From NCBI GenBank assembly GCA_963821525.1, contig CAWGED010000005.1, forward strand, positions 672,001-736,000: a DNA stretch of 64,000 nt. Direction: 5' to 3'. Under the pieces are notes generated by a model that saw nothing but the letters and a program-made list of their open reading frames with translations, was not told the origin of the DNA and did not search any database. The first letter of the stretch is position 1. Every line of letters begins with the position of its first letter. Positions 42,309 through 53,300 of the stretch are shown here, in pieces. Source of the DNA: an uncultured Gemmatimonadales bacterium. GTDB lineage: Bacteria > Gemmatimonadota > Gemmatimonadetes > Gemmatimonadales > GWC2-71-9. The position numbers were made by a program, and so were the translations under genes.

Positions 42309-43367
42309 ATGGAGGTCCGACTCCGCCAGGCACTCGCCCGGGCGGAGGAGGTCGCCAAGACGCTGGCCGACCCCTCAACCGCAAGCGATCCGGCTCGGCT
42401 AAAGGCACTCGGTCGCGAGCACACCACGCTGGAGCCGATCGTTCGGCTGGCGGAGAAGCTCGAGCGGCTGGAGAGTGAACTGGGACAGGCTCGGGAGATG
42501 GCCCTGGAGGCCGATCCCGAGCTTGTTGCGCTTGCGAAGGCCGAGTTGACCGGGCTCACGCCGCAGGTCGAATCGATGCGCGCCGAGTTGCACGAGCTGC
42601 TGTTGCCGCGGGACCCGCTCGACGATCGCGACGCCATCGTGGAAATCCGGGCCGGCACCGGTGGCGAAGAAGCGGCGCTGTTCGCGGCGGAGCTGTTTCG
42701 GATGATCCGGCGCTTCGCCGAGCGGAAGCGACTGTCGGTCGAGCCGATTTCTCTGAGTGAAGGATCCGCTGGGGGGCTCAAGGAAGCGATCTTCGCGGTC
42801 CGGGGCCCGGATTCCTACGGCATGCTGCGCCGCGAGGCTGGAGTGCATCGGGTCCAGCGGGTTCCCGCCACCGAGGCGCAGGGCCGCATCCACACTTCCG
42901 CCGCAACGGTCGCGGTTCTCCCCGAGGCCGAGGACGTGGACGTGGTGATCCAGCCCAACGATCTCAAGATCGATGTCTTTCGCTCGAGCGGCCCCGGAGG
43001 ACAGAGCGTCAACACCACCGACAGCGCGGTGCGCATCACCCACTTGCCGACCGGGCTGGTCGTGTCCCAACAGGATCAGAAGTCGCAGTTGCAGAACAAG
43101 CTCAAGGCCATGGAAGTACTGCGGGCCCGGCTCCTGGACCGGATGATTGCGGAGCAGGAAGCGGCCCGATCGCGGGATCGCCGCGCGATGGTGGGAACCG
43201 GAGACCGCTCTGCGAAGATCCGGACCTACAACTTTCCCCAGAGCCGGGTGACCGATCACCGCATCAATCTCTCGGTCTACGACCTTCCGGGGGTCATGGA
43301 CGGAGATCTCGACGAGCTGGTGAACGCGCTACGCATGGCGAGCAGGCAGGAGATGATGAGTGCCTGA
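42309..43367 (+). CDS. prfA: peptide chain release factor 1
   Basis: EIRAGTGGEEA, VHRVQRVPATE (PxT), GPGGQSVNTTDS, IRTYNFPQSR. Confidence 0.96.
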   Translation: MEVRLRQALARAEEVAKTLADPSTASDPARLKALGREHTTLEPIVRLAEKLERLESELGQAREMALEADPELVALAKAELTGLTPQVESMRAELHELLLPRDPLDDRDAIVEIRAGTGGEEAALFAAELFRMIRRFAERKRLSVEPISLSEGSAGGLKEAIFAVRGPDSYGMLRREAGVHRVQRVPATEAQGRIHTSAATVAVLPEAEDVDVVIQPNDLKIDVFRSSGPGGQSVNTTDSAVRITHLPTGLVVSQQDQKSQLQNKLKAMEVLRARLLDRMIAEQEAARSRDRRAMVGTGDRSAKIRTYNFPQSRVTDHRINLSVYDLPGVMDGDLDELVNALRMASRQEMMSA

Positions 43368-44214
43368 AACCCTGTACCGGCTTCGCGCCGTGCTCGAGGA
43401 AGCCGCGCTCCGGCTGAAAGCGGCCGGCATCGCCGAGCCACGCCGGGAGGCACAGCGGCTCTGGGCCGACCTGCAGGGGCACTCTCGCGCTGAGCTGTTG
43501 CCACTGCGGGACGATCCAGTGGATCAACCGTTGCGCGCCCGCTACGAGGCCGCCGTCCTTCGCCTCGCCGCAGGGGAGCCGATCCAGTATGTCACGGGGA
43601 TAGCAGGCTTCCGCCGTCTGACCCTGGGTTCCGACCGACGGGCATTGATTCCTCGGCCCGAGACCGAAGGGCTGGTCGAGCTGGTTCTCGCCCGGGTATC
43701 GCACGGCCGAATTGCCGATATCGGGACCGGCTCGGGCTGCATCGCACTGAGTCTCGCCGATGAGGGCGAGTTCGACCTGGTGGTCGGGGTGGACCGCTCG
43801 CCCGAGGCGCTGGCTCTCGCCCGGGAGAATCGAGACCAACTGGGCCTCCTGGTCGAGTTCGTCGAAGGTGATCTCTGCGAACCGCTGCGTGGGGAACTGT
43901 GGGACGCGCTGGTCTCCAATCCACCCTATCTTACTTCGGGCGAGTATCAGGGACTGGATCGCTCGGTGCGGGACTGGGAGCCGGAAGGCGCGCTCTCGGA
44001 TGGTCCGGATGGTCTCGCCACGACTCGCCGGCTGGTGGTGCAGGCGCGGGATGTCGTGCGCGCTGGCGGATTGCTGGGATTGGAAGTGGATTGCTCGCGG
44101 GCGCCCGCAGTCGCCGGCCTCGCGACCGAGGCCGGTTGGGTGGACGTCAGTGTGTACGAAGACCTCTTTGGCCGCGCCCGTTACGTTCTGGCGCGGAGGA
44201 GCGAAACGGCGTGA
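43360..44214 (+). CDS. prmC: release factor glutamine methyltransferase
   Basis: LIPRPETE, DIGTGSGCIA, SNPPY. Confidence 0.94.
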   Translation: MPETLYRLRAVLEEAALRLKAAGIAEPRREAQRLWADLQGHSRAELLPLRDDPVDQPLRARYEAAVLRLAAGEPIQYVTGIAGFRRLTLGSDRRALIPRPETEGLVELVLARVSHGRIADIGTGSGCIALSLADEGEFDLVVGVDRSPEALALARENRDQLGLLVEFVEGDLCEPLRGELWDALVSNPPYLTSGEYQGLDRSVRDWEPEGALSDGPDGLATTRRLVVQARDVVRAGGLLGLEVDCSRAPAVAGLATEAGWVDVSVYEDLFGRARYVLARRSETA

Positions 44215-44564
44215 TCTGGGAAAAGGCAGAAGAGCTCGGGCGCCTCATCGGGCAGACCCCTGAATGCAAGGCGTTGCGGCGGGCGGAAACCAGTCTCCGC
44301 GACGACAAGGAAACAGTTGCCAAGCTCGATACGATTCAGAGCCTGGCCAAGCAGGTGGATGATCTCGTCGCCCAGGGACAGATGCCCGACCAGGCCACCG
44401 CGGAAGCATACGAAAAGGCGGTCCGGGAACTCGAGGTGAGCACCACGGGGCAGGCCTACGCCGTAGCGCGTGCCAACTTCGAGAAGCTGATGATCAAGGT
44501 GAATCAGCTGATCGGCCAGGGGATCGAGAAGGGCGCGACCAGCAATATCATCACCCTCGGATGA
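44211..44564 (+). CDS. YlbF family regulator
   Basis: GTG start; MIWEKAEELGRLIGQTPE...helical protein. Confidence 0.75.
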   Translation: MIWEKAEELGRLIGQTPECKALRRAETSLRDDKETVAKLDTIQSLAKQVDDLVAQGQMPDQATAEAYEKAVRELEVSTTGQAYAVARANFEKLMIKVNQLIGQGIEKGATSNIITLG

Positions 44565-45196
44565 CTCACGGCTTCTTCCTGGCGGTTGAGGGACCAGAAG
44601 GGGCCGGAAAATCCACCCTCGTTTCGAGCCTGGCTGCTCGATTGCGGCAGGAGGGGACGGAACCGCTGGTGGTGCGGGAACCAGGAGGGACTGATGCAGC
44701 CGAGGCAATTCGCCGGATATTGCTGGAACCAGACAGCAATCTGGCCCCGATTTCGGAGCTGTATCTCTTCCTTGCCGCTCGGGCCGATCTCGTGACCAGG
44801 AGGATTCGTCCCGCGATCGAAGCGGGAAACGTCGTGGTGGCGGATCGCTTCGAGCTGTCCACTCTGGCCTATCAAGTCGGGGGCCGTGGTCTCGATGAAT
44901 CGCTGGTACGGAGTGCCAATCAAGCCGCCACCGGCGGGCTGCACCCCGATCTCACCCTGATCCTCGACGTTCCACCGCGCACCGGGCTCTCCCGCATTCA
45001 AAAGGCCGGTGCGGCATTCGACCGGATCGAGCGCGAGGATGATGGATTTCACCAGCGGGTAGCCGAAACCTTTCGCCGGGCGAGTGGTAAGGGCTTGGTG
45101 CACCTCGACGGTGCACAGTCACCGGAACAGGTCTTGCACCGAGCCTGGGATGAAGTGGTACAGGCTCGGGCGGCGGCCAAGCCCCAGTCGAGTTAA
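44561..45196 (+). CDS. tmk: thymidylate kinase
   Basis: EGPEGAGKST, REPGGT, ADRF..STLAYQ, PDLTLILDV. Confidence 0.95.
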   Translation: MTHGFFLAVEGPEGAGKSTLVSSLAARLRQEGTEPLVVREPGGTDAAEAIRRILLEPDSNLAPISELYLFLAARADLVTRRIRPAIEAGNVVVADRFELSTLAYQVGGRGLDESLVRSANQAATGGLHPDLTLILDVPPRTGLSRIQKAGAAFDRIEREDDGFHQRVAETFRRASGKGLVHLDGAQSPEQVLHRAWDEVVQARAAAKPQSS

Positions 45197-45258
45197 TTTA
45201 CCGTTTATGATCCGAGGCGGCGCAGCGTGCGCCGTACCGGGCAAGTATGGAGGTGACT

Positions 45259-46884
45259 ATGCGGCAGCGTTGGGTCCTGATTCTTCTGGTGGCGGTGACG
45301 TCGTTCTTCACTGGCGGTTGGCTGCTGCAGCGCGGCGCCGCCAGCGACGGGAACGTGTACCAGCACGCCCGCCTGTTTGACGATGTTTTATCCCACGTCA
45401 GTGCCTACTACGTCGATTCGATCGGGCAGGGAGAGCTGTACGACAAGGCCACCAATGGCCTCCTCGAGGAGCTGCACGATCCCTACTCCGTTCTCCTGCA
45501 GGGCGACGACTATAAAGCGCTTACCGAGACTACCACCGGTAACTATGGCGGTCTGGGTATCCAGATCGACGTGCGCGATGGGTGGATCACCGTCGTGGCG
45601 CCGCTCCCCGAGACTCCCGCTGAACGAGCCGGGATCGAAACCGGCGACCAGATCATCATGGTCAACGGCAAATCCACTGAGGGCTGGAACAACGATCAGG
45701 CGGTCAAGGCTCTCCGCGGCCAGCCGGGCAGCGACGTCGAGCTGAAGATCCGCCGGGCCGGAATGGCCACCCCGATGGTCTACAACCTGAACCGGGCCCA
45801 GATCCACGTCCGCTCGGTCCCGCCGGGATCGATGTTCCCGGGCGGTATCGGCTACATCTCACTGAATCCGGTGGCGGAGACATCCACCAACGAGCTGCGT
45901 TCGGAAATCACTGCGCTGCTCGGCAAGGGCATGAAGTCGCTGATTCTCGACCTGCGGGGCAATCCGGGAGGCCTGCTCGATCAGGGCGTTCGGGTGGCCG
46001 ATCTCTTCCTCGATCCGTCCCAGGAGATCGTATCAACCCGGGGCCGGGCCAAGGGCTCGACCAAGCACTATGCCGACGAGCTGAAGCAGGAGTGGCCCAA
46101 CCTGCCGATCGTGACGCTGGTCAACGAGGGAACCGCGAGCGCCGCCGAGATCATCTCCGGTGCGCTGCAGGACCACGATCGCGCGGTGGTAGTGGGTGTG
46201 CCGACCTTTGGTAAGGGTCTGGTCCAGACACTTTATCCCTTCTCCGACAACACCGCACTCAAGCTCACGACCGGGCGCTGGTATACCCCGAGTGGCCGCA
46301 CCATCCAGCGCATCGCGAAGAACGAAGAGGATCAGTTCCAGCAGGCCCAGAACGAGGCCGACGGCACACCGGACAGCGCCGCGGCCGATACGGTCGAGCG
46401 TCCGACCTTCCACACCGACGGCGGCAGAGCCGTGCGCGGTGGAGGCGGCATCGTTCCCGACATCGTGATCCGCCAGGATACGCTCACGGCGGGGGAGAAG
46501 GCATTCGCCACGGCGCTCGGTCCCAAGTTCCCGGAATACCGGGATGCGCTGACCTCCTACGCCCTCGCGCTCAAGAACCAGAAGACCATCACCAGCGAAG
46601 ACTTCAAGGTTACGCCGGCGATGCGGTCCGAAGTGCTGACCAGGCTTCGTGCCCGGGGTGCCAAGCTCACCGACGAAACCTTTAACGGGGCGTCGGATCT
46701 GATCGATCAGCAGCTGGGATACGAAGTGTCGCGGTACGTCTTTGGTCGCACGGCCGAGTTCCGCCGCCGGGCTCAGGACGACAGGCAGATGCAGGACGCA
46801 CTCGACCTGCTTAAGAAGGCTCAGACTCCGAAGGACCTCATGGGTCTGGCGATGTCGCAGGCCAGCTCGACCGGGAGGAACTGA
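45259..46884 (+). CDS. ctpA: S41 family carboxyl-terminal processing protease
   Basis: LHDPYS, PDZ domain, LDLRGNPGGLL, TASAAEIISGALQD, TFGKG.VQ. Confidence 0.93.
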   Translation: MRQRWVLILLVAVTSFFTGGWLLQRGAASDGNVYQHARLFDDVLSHVSAYYVDSIGQGELYDKATNGLLEELHDPYSVLLQGDDYKALTETTTGNYGGLGIQIDVRDGWITVVAPLPETPAERAGIETGDQIIMVNGKSTEGWNNDQAVKALRGQPGSDVELKIRRAGMATPMVYNLNRAQIHVRSVPPGSMFPGGIGYISLNPVAETSTNELRSEITALLGKGMKSLILDLRGNPGGLLDQGVRVADLFLDPSQEIVSTRGRAKGSTKHYADELKQEWPNLPIVTLVNEGTASAAEIISGALQDHDRAVVVGVPTFGKGLVQTLYPFSDNTALKLTTGRWYTPSGRTIQRIAKNEEDQFQQAQNEADGTPDSAAADTVERPTFHTDGGRAVRGGGGIVPDIVIRQDTLTAGEKAFATALGPKFPEYRDALTSYALALKNQKTITSEDFKVTPAMRSEVLTRLRARGAKLTDETFNGASDLIDQQLGYEVSRYVFGRTAEFRRRAQDDRQMQDALDLLKKAQTPKDLMGLAMSQASSTGRN

Positions 46885-46887
46885 CCG

Positions 46888-47712
46888 ATCGGAGAGGCTA
46901 CACAAATCGCCGCGGCCCTCGGGACCGGGATCGCGGTCGGTATCCTCTCCGCGCTGGCCGGAATCGGCGGTGGTGTCGTGATGGTCCCCTTCATGTACGT
47001 GGTTTACCGGTCGGCACCGGTGACCGTCTCCGCCCAGACCGTGGTGGCGCATGCCACCAGTCTGGGCGTTGCCTTCGTGACATCGACCTTCGGCACCTGG
47101 CATTATTCAAGGGTGAAGGCGGTCGCGTGGAGGGCGGCCACCGCCTACGCGGTTCCCGGAATCCTTTCCGCCTTCCTTGTCGCTCGGCTCCTGACCAAGG
47201 TGCACGAGGTACATTGGATTCGCGCGGCGTTCGGGGTGTTCCTTCTGGTATCGGCGGTGGACATGGCCAGGCGTGCCATGATTCCGCATCCGGTTCACCA
47301 CGAACATCCGCCGCACTCTTCCGGCTGGCTGGGACTCGCCGGCTTCTTCGGCGGCGGGATCAGCAGCCTCCTCGGCATCGGAGGAGGCCTCATCGCCGTT
47401 CCGGTGCTGCTGTACGTTGGACGCATGCCGGTACAGGCGGTGGCTCCAACGGCACTGGCTGGTGTCTGTCTTACCACGCTCGCAGGGAGCATTGGCTACA
47501 TGACCGGTGGAGCGGGTCCGCCAGTGTCACCCTGGATGGTGGGATTCGTTGATGCGCGGATGGCCGTCCCCTTGGCGATCGGGGCCGTAACCAGTGTTCC
47601 GCTGGGGGTGCGATTCAACCGCACCCTGAGTCCTCAGAAACTCTTCTGGTTCTTTGCCGCGACTTTCAGCGTCATCGGCGTCCTGCTGATCAAGGAGGGG
47701 TTGGGTGGCTAG
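46888..47712 (+). CDS. TauE/SafE (TSUP) family transporter (start uncertain)
   Basis: LAGIGGGVVMVP and LLGIGGGLIAVP repeats, multiple transmembrane segments. Confidence 0.85.
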   Translation: MGEATQIAAALGTGIAVGILSALAGIGGGVVMVPFMYVVYRSAPVTVSAQTVVAHATSLGVAFVTSTFGTWHYSRVKAVAWRAATAYAVPGILSAFLVARLLTKVHEVHWIRAAFGVFLLVSAVDMARRAMIPHPVHHEHPPHSSGWLGLAGFFGGGISSLLGIGGGLIAVPVLLYVGRMPVQAVAPTALAGVCLTTLAGSIGYMTGGAGPPVSPWMVGFVDARMAVPLAIGAVTSVPLGVRFNRTLSPQKLFWFFAATFSVIGVLLIKEGLGG

Positions 47713-48568
47713 GCCGAGAATTGCAATCATTGGCGCGGGACGAATGGGGCAGGGCCTTGGGCTGGCGTTGCAGCGGCGAGGCTACTCCGCGGCGCTCTTC
47801 GCGCGAAGCGAGCGTCCGGTGGCGGCTTCGCTGCTGCTGCAGACCGGAGATATCTCCGCCGTCACCAACGGCGCCGAGGTGGTGATCATCGCGACGCCGG
47901 ACGACGCTGTCACCGGGGTGGCGCGTCAATTGGCGGAGGCGGGAGCGGTCTTGCGGGAACAGTCGGTGCTCCACATATCCGGTCTGCTCGATCATCTGGC
48001 CCTGGCGCCGCTCAAAGTGACCAAAGCGGGTTTGGGTTCCATGCATCCGCTGCAGACGCTGGCCGATCCGGCCACCGCGGTTGAGCGCCTGCAGGGTGTC
48101 TATGCCATGATCGAAGGCGACGAACCGGCGCTGCAGCAGGCCGAACGGCTGGCGCGCAGCCTGAAAATGATCCCGATCCGGATCGAGGCGTCGGCCAAGC
48201 CCCGCTACCACGCGGCGGCGAGCCTGGTCGCCAATTACACCACCGTGCTGGGGGCAATTGCGGAGCGGGTGGCGCGAGAAGCAGGAGTATCACCCGAGGT
48301 GTCGAGAAAGATCTATCTGCCGCTGCTCAAGGGCGCGGTGGACAACCTCGCGGAATTCAGTCCCGTGGCGGCGCTCACCGGACCGATCCGGCGGGGGGAC
48401 CTGGCGACGGTTCGCGCGCATCTCGAGGCCTTCCAAGGTGAAGACCGTCGGGTCTATGCCGAGCTGGGGCGTGCTGCGCTGGCCCTGGCCAGAGAGGGAG
48501 GGCTGGAAGAGTCCCAGGCTTCGAAGATGGAAGCGCTATTGAACGGCGCCACCGCTACTGCTCGATAA
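47705..48568 (+). CDS. Rossmann-like + DUF2520 domain oxidoreductase
   Basis: IIGAGRMG, VLHISG, SMHPLQT, YHAAA, LTGPIRRGD. Confidence 0.9.
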   Translation: MARPRIAIIGAGRMGQGLGLALQRRGYSAALFARSERPVAASLLLQTGDISAVTNGAEVVIIATPDDAVTGVARQLAEAGAVLREQSVLHISGLLDHLALAPLKVTKAGLGSMHPLQTLADPATAVERLQGVYAMIEGDEPALQQAERLARSLKMIPIRIEASAKPRYHAAASLVANYTTVLGAIAERVAREAGVSPEVSRKIYLPLLKGAVDNLAEFSPVAALTGPIRRGDLATVRAHLEAFQGEDRRVYAELGRAALALAREGGLEESQASKMEALLNGATATAR

Positions 48569-49268
48569 CCCGGACCCCGGATGGCACGTTGAAGGTGAAG
48601 GAATTCGGGGGTGGACGCCGGTTGATCATCACTCCGGTTAGCACCAGGGTCCGATTGGTACCGGTCTTCTCCTGAATCTCCAGCCTCCTCGGCAGGTTGT
48701 CGGATCGGTCGATCCACAGAATCGCAGCCCGGAACGGTAGCGTCGGGTCGAGCGGAGTGAGCTCGACCACATCGGCGCTCCGCCCTCCTACGGCATCCTC
48801 GCGTAAATACCTCGTGCGATAGCGCTCCACCGGCTTGGTGAGAAGCCAGGCCAGGACATTGGGACCGTACGTCGCGTCCTTGGGAATCGGAGTGCGGATG
48901 ACCTGCCCCGGCGTCGTGCTCGGGGTATAGATCCAGATGTATTCGCCGTCCATCACGATCGCCTCGCCGTTGGGATCGGTGAAGCGCATCGCGAACGAGG
49001 CGGTACCGGCCTGCAGCAGTCTCCCCTTGCTTTCGAAGGTACCGATCATCGAGTCGGAGATGACCTGACGGAAGTCCGCCTGGAACGAGCTGAGCTGCTG
49101 GTAGGCCTTCGCGGCGCGTTCGATGATGGTGTCGGGGCTTACTTGGGCGTTCGCGGTGCCGGCGGTCAGGGCGAACAGAGCGGTCAGGGCGGACAAGGCG
49201 GTCAGGACGGTCGAAAGAGCTCCTGCCCGCCCCGCCCGTCCTGTTCGCCCTGTCCGACCTGCCTTCAT
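48555..49268 (-). CDS. lolA: outer membrane lipoprotein carrier LolA
   Basis: [33 protein letters not shown]. Confidence 0.85.
   Translation of the reverse strand: MKAGRTGRTGRAGRAGALSTVLTALSALTALFALTAGTANAQVSPDTIIERAAKAYQQLSSFQADFRQVISDSMIGTFESKGRLLQAGTASFAMRFTDPNGEAIVMDGEYIWIYTPSTTPGQVIRTPIPKDATYGPNVLAWLLTKPVERYRTRYLREDAVGGRSADVVELTPLDPTLPFRAAILWIDRSDNLPRRLEIQEKTGTNRTLVLTGVMINRRPPPNSFTFNVPSGVRVIEQ
49160..49266. repeat. inverted nonamer arrays within the lolA signal peptide
   Basis: GCGGTCAGG-like units followed by CCTGTCCGA/CCTGTTCGC-like units; encode [13 protein letters not shown] and [15 protein letters not shown]. Confidence 0.8.
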
Positions 49269-50305
49269 GCTCTCACCCCGGCGGCCACCGCCACCCGCCG
49301 CCCGATCGCTTCGGCGATGATCCGCGTCTCCTTCATGAGGCGGGCGAACTGCTCCGGATACAGACTCTGGGCGCCGTCGGAGAGGGCCCGGTCGGGATTG
49401 GGATGCACCTCAACCAGCAGTCCGTCGGCGCCGGCGGCTACCGCGGCACGAGCCATCGGGATCACCATCTCACGGTGGCCGGTCCCATGGCTGGGATCCG
49501 CAATGATCGGCAGGTGGGAGAGGCCGTGCACCACCGGAATGGCCGACAGATCGAAGATGTTGCGAGTGGCGGGATCGAAGCCGCGCACGCCGCGCTCGCA
49601 CAGAATCACATTCGGATTGCCTTCGGCCAGGATGTATTCGGCCGAGAGCAGCAGCTCCTGGATGGTGGCCGAAAGGCCTCGCTTGAGCAGAATCGGCTTC
49701 TGCAGCTTGCCGGCCCGCTTCAGCAGGGAATAGTTCTGCATGTTCCGCGCGCCGATCTGAATGATGTCGGCGACCTCGGCGACCTGGTCGGCGCCCTCGG
49801 GATCCATCGCCTCGGTGACGATGAGCAGTCCGGTCTCCGCTTTCGCCAGCCGCAACAGAGGCAGTCCCTCGACTCCCAAGCCCTGGAATGAATAGGGCGA
49901 ACTGCGTGGCTTGAACGCCCCAGCCCGCAAAACCGTGGCACCGGCCTCCCGCACTGCCTCAGCGGCGGCAAGGATCTGCTGCTCACTTTCCACTGAGCAG
50001 GGCCCGGCCATGACCACGACATCTTCACCGCCGATCGTGAGTCCTCCCGGCAGAGACACGATGGTGGACTCGGCCTTCCACTCGCGCGACACCTGCTTGT
50101 ACGGCTTGGAGACGTGAATGACTTCCTGAACGCCGGCGAGCGCCTCGATGCGGGAGCCATCCACCCGTCCATCGTTGCCAACCAGGCCCACCGTGGTCCG
50201 CTGCCGCCCCGGCATCGGACGGGCCTGGTAGCCCATCTCAACGATCACGTCGCAGACCCGGCGCACCTCCTCGTCGCTGGCGCCGTGCCGCATGACGATG
50301 AGCAT
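49265..50305 (-). CDS. aroF: 3-deoxy-7-phosphoheptulonate synthase (class I-beta)
   Basis: [39 protein letters not shown]. Confidence 0.95.
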   Translation of the reverse strand: MLIVMRHGASDEEVRRVCDVIVEMGYQARPMPGRQRTTVGLVGNDGRVDGSRIEALAGVQEVIHVSKPYKQVSREWKAESTIVSLPGGLTIGGEDVVVMAGPCSVESEQQILAAAEAVREAGATVLRAGAFKPRSSPYSFQGLGVEGLPLLRLAKAETGLLIVTEAMDPEGADQVAEVADIIQIGARNMQNYSLLKRAGKLQKPILLKRGLSATIQELLLSAEYILAEGNPNVILCERGVRGFDPATRNIFDLSAIPVVHGLSHLPIIADPSHGTGHREMVIPMARAAVAAGADGLLVEVHPNPDRALSDGAQSLYPEQFARLMKETRIIAEAIGRRVAVAAGVRA

Positions 50306-53300
50306 CTACACCGCCTGCCGTTCTGCCAGCCGCACGCCGACGATGGTCGAGACGCCGGGCTCCTGCATCGTCACGCCGTAGACCGCCTCGGCTGACTGCA
50401 TGGTGCGCGGGTTGTGAGTAATCACCAGGAATTGGGTGGACTGCTTGAACTCATCGAGCAGTCTCGTGAACCGGCCCACGTTGGCGTCGTCGAGCGGGGC
50501 ATCCACTTCATCCATCAGGCAGAAGGGGCTCGGCTTGGTGAGATAGATGCTGAAGAGCAGCGAGACCGCCACAAGGGTCCGCTCCCCGGTTGAAAGCAGG
50601 TGAATGCGCTGGGTGCGCTTCCCGCGGGGTGCGGCGTGGATGTCGATCTCGCTCTCGAGTGGATCGTCCGGATTGGCCAGCCGGAGATCGCACTCACCGC
50701 CGCCGAACAGGGTCTGGAAGACGTGGAGGAAGCTGGTTCGAATGGCGGTGAAGGTCTCGAGGAACATGGCCCGCGCCGTGCCGTCGATTTCCCGGATGGC
50801 CTGTTGCAGCGAATGCCGCGCCGCGACGAGGTCGTCCCGCTGGGCAACGAGGAAATCGAGCCGCTTGCTTTCTTCGGCATGTTCCTCGACCGCCAGCGCG
50901 TTGACCGGACCGATGGTCTCCAGGCTGGAGACGATTCGCGCCGCTTCGTTCTCCAGGGTGTCGATGTCGAGATCGAGCATCGGGGCTTCGGCCAAAAGGG
51001 TATCGATCGGCTTCCGCCATTCGGCCTCCACCCGCTCGACGATGCCGCGCCGCCGGGCGGTGGCCTCGGTCATCTCCAGATCGATCCGGTGCGCTTCTTC
51101 CGTGAGATCATCCAGACGGGTGCGCATCGCGTGCAGCTCATTCTCGGCTTCTTCAAGCGCCTGTTCGGCTTCGGATGCGGCCTGATCCGCGTCGGCGGCG
51201 GCCGCCTCGAGCTCCAGCACGGCAACCTTCCGCTCGGCCCGTGCTTCCAGCCACAGAGCCTGCTGTTGGGCCAGGCCGGTGGTGTCATCAGTCAACCGAG
51301 TCAGCTCGATGGCGAGTGCCGCGGAAGCCAGCTCGGCCTCCTCACCGGTGCGGAGGGCGCGCTCGAGGTATCCTTGCGCCGCCTCGAGCCGAGCGACGAC
51401 CTGGGCCTCCTGGACCTGGCAGTGGACTCGTGCGTCGCGCGCCGCTTCCTGCTGCCCTTCCAGGTCGGCGAGCCGGGACCGGGCCTGGCCCAGGCTTTCC
51501 TCGATGCGCACCCGGGCCAGCTCGCCTTCGGTCAGCGCAATATCGATCTCGACCAGACGCCGCTCGGAGCGCTCGATCCGTTCCTTGAGCGAGGCGAATT
51601 GGGTCTCCGCGTCACCGAGGTCGCGACCGGTTGACGAAGCCATCCGAACCGCATCGTCTCGTGTGGCGACCGCTACCCGCTCCGCGTCGCGGGCGTGATC
51701 GGAGGCCTGGGATGCCTGGTCGAGGGCCGCCTCGACCTCGGCCAGACGGCGCACCGTCTCGGCCAATTCCATTTCTGCCTTGTTCAGCGCTGCCTGGGCT
51801 GCCCTGACCTCATGGGTCAGGCTCTCCAGCTCGGCGCGCCGACGGAGGGGGCCGGAAGGAGCCGGTGCACCGGGAAGCAGAATCGCGCCGTTGGGCCGGC
51901 GAAGAACGCGCCCGCCACCGGCGAGTACCTGAGAGCCGGCGAGCAGGGCGCGCACCCACGCCGCGGCATGCCCTTCGGCCACCAGGCGCCCAGCGAGGGG
52001 ATCGTCCCCTTCGGTGCCGGTCGGGCCCGAATCAATCGGGAGCAGCGCGATCATGCCGGGCTGCTCGCTCGCGTGCCAATCCTGAATCGCCTCCAGGGCC
52101 GCGCTGTCGCTTACCAGAACCGCGTGCACCCATTCTCCGAGCAGGCGTTCGGCGATCTCCGCATCCTCGCGGCCGGCGCGCAAGAAGTCGCTCAACGGTC
52201 CCAGCACGGCGCCGCCGAAGCGCGACTTTGCGGCCAGGAGTGCGGCGGCACCGGGGGCGAGTCCCACCCGATCGCGCTCCAACTCCTCCAGCGCCTGGCG
52301 CCGGGTGGTGAGTTGAGCCAGCGACTCCTCAGCGGCACGGCGATCCGCCCGGCCCAGCGCTTCGCGACGACGGGTTTCGGCGAGCAGGTGGCGGCCGCGC
52401 TCAGCTTCGGCCGAGGTGCGCTTGGCTTCGGCCGAGAGCCTTTCGGCATTCGATACGGCTTCTGCGCGACGCCGTTCGGCGACATCGAGCTCGGCCTGCA
52501 GGTCCTGGCGCCGCCCCGAGACGACCGAGGCCTGTTCCCGGAGAGAGGAGAGGTCGGTCTCCAGAGATCCGCGCTCCCCCTCCAGAGATTTCAGGATTTG
52601 CGCGCGACGCTGAAGATCCTCCTCCAGCTGGCGAACGGCTTGACGCTGATCCCCGAGTTGCAACCGGACCTCTTGCTCGGTCTGGGCTCGACCCGCCAGG
52701 TCAGTCGCGATGCGCTCCCGCTCGAGTTGCGCGGTCTTCCGTTCGGCATCCGCGGCGTCGTGGTCCCGCTGGGCCTGCTGACGGCGGATCTCCATCTGAC
52801 CGCGTTCGTCGGTGGCGCGCAGCCGGCGGGCCGCGGCATTGGCCAGACGCTCGGCTGCGAGAGCCAGGTCTCCATCCAGGCGGCCGAGTTCCAGCCGAAC
52901 GTCTCCCAGCCGGCGAGCGATCTCGGTCCGCTGCACTTCGGCCGACGCACGAGTGCGGGCGCATTCCTCACGAACCTGTTCGGCGTCGCCAACGACGTCA
53001 CGAGCCTCGGGCAACTCCTGGGTCAACACACCGTGACGCTCTTCGCTGCTCGCAATCTGGCCGGCCAGGCGCTCCAGCTGGCGGCGAGCCAGGGTGAGCT
53101 GCACCGAGAACTTCTCTTCGGACAACTTCGCATACCGCTCGGCCTTCCCCCGCTGCCGGGCGAGGCTCCGGATCTGGCTCTGGACTTCGGCGATCAGGTC
53201 CTCGACCCGCTGCAGGTCGCCGCCGGTCTCCTCGAGACGGCGCTCGGTGGTCTGCCTGCGGTCGCGGTAGAGGCCGATTCCGGCGGCCTCTTCGAACAGC

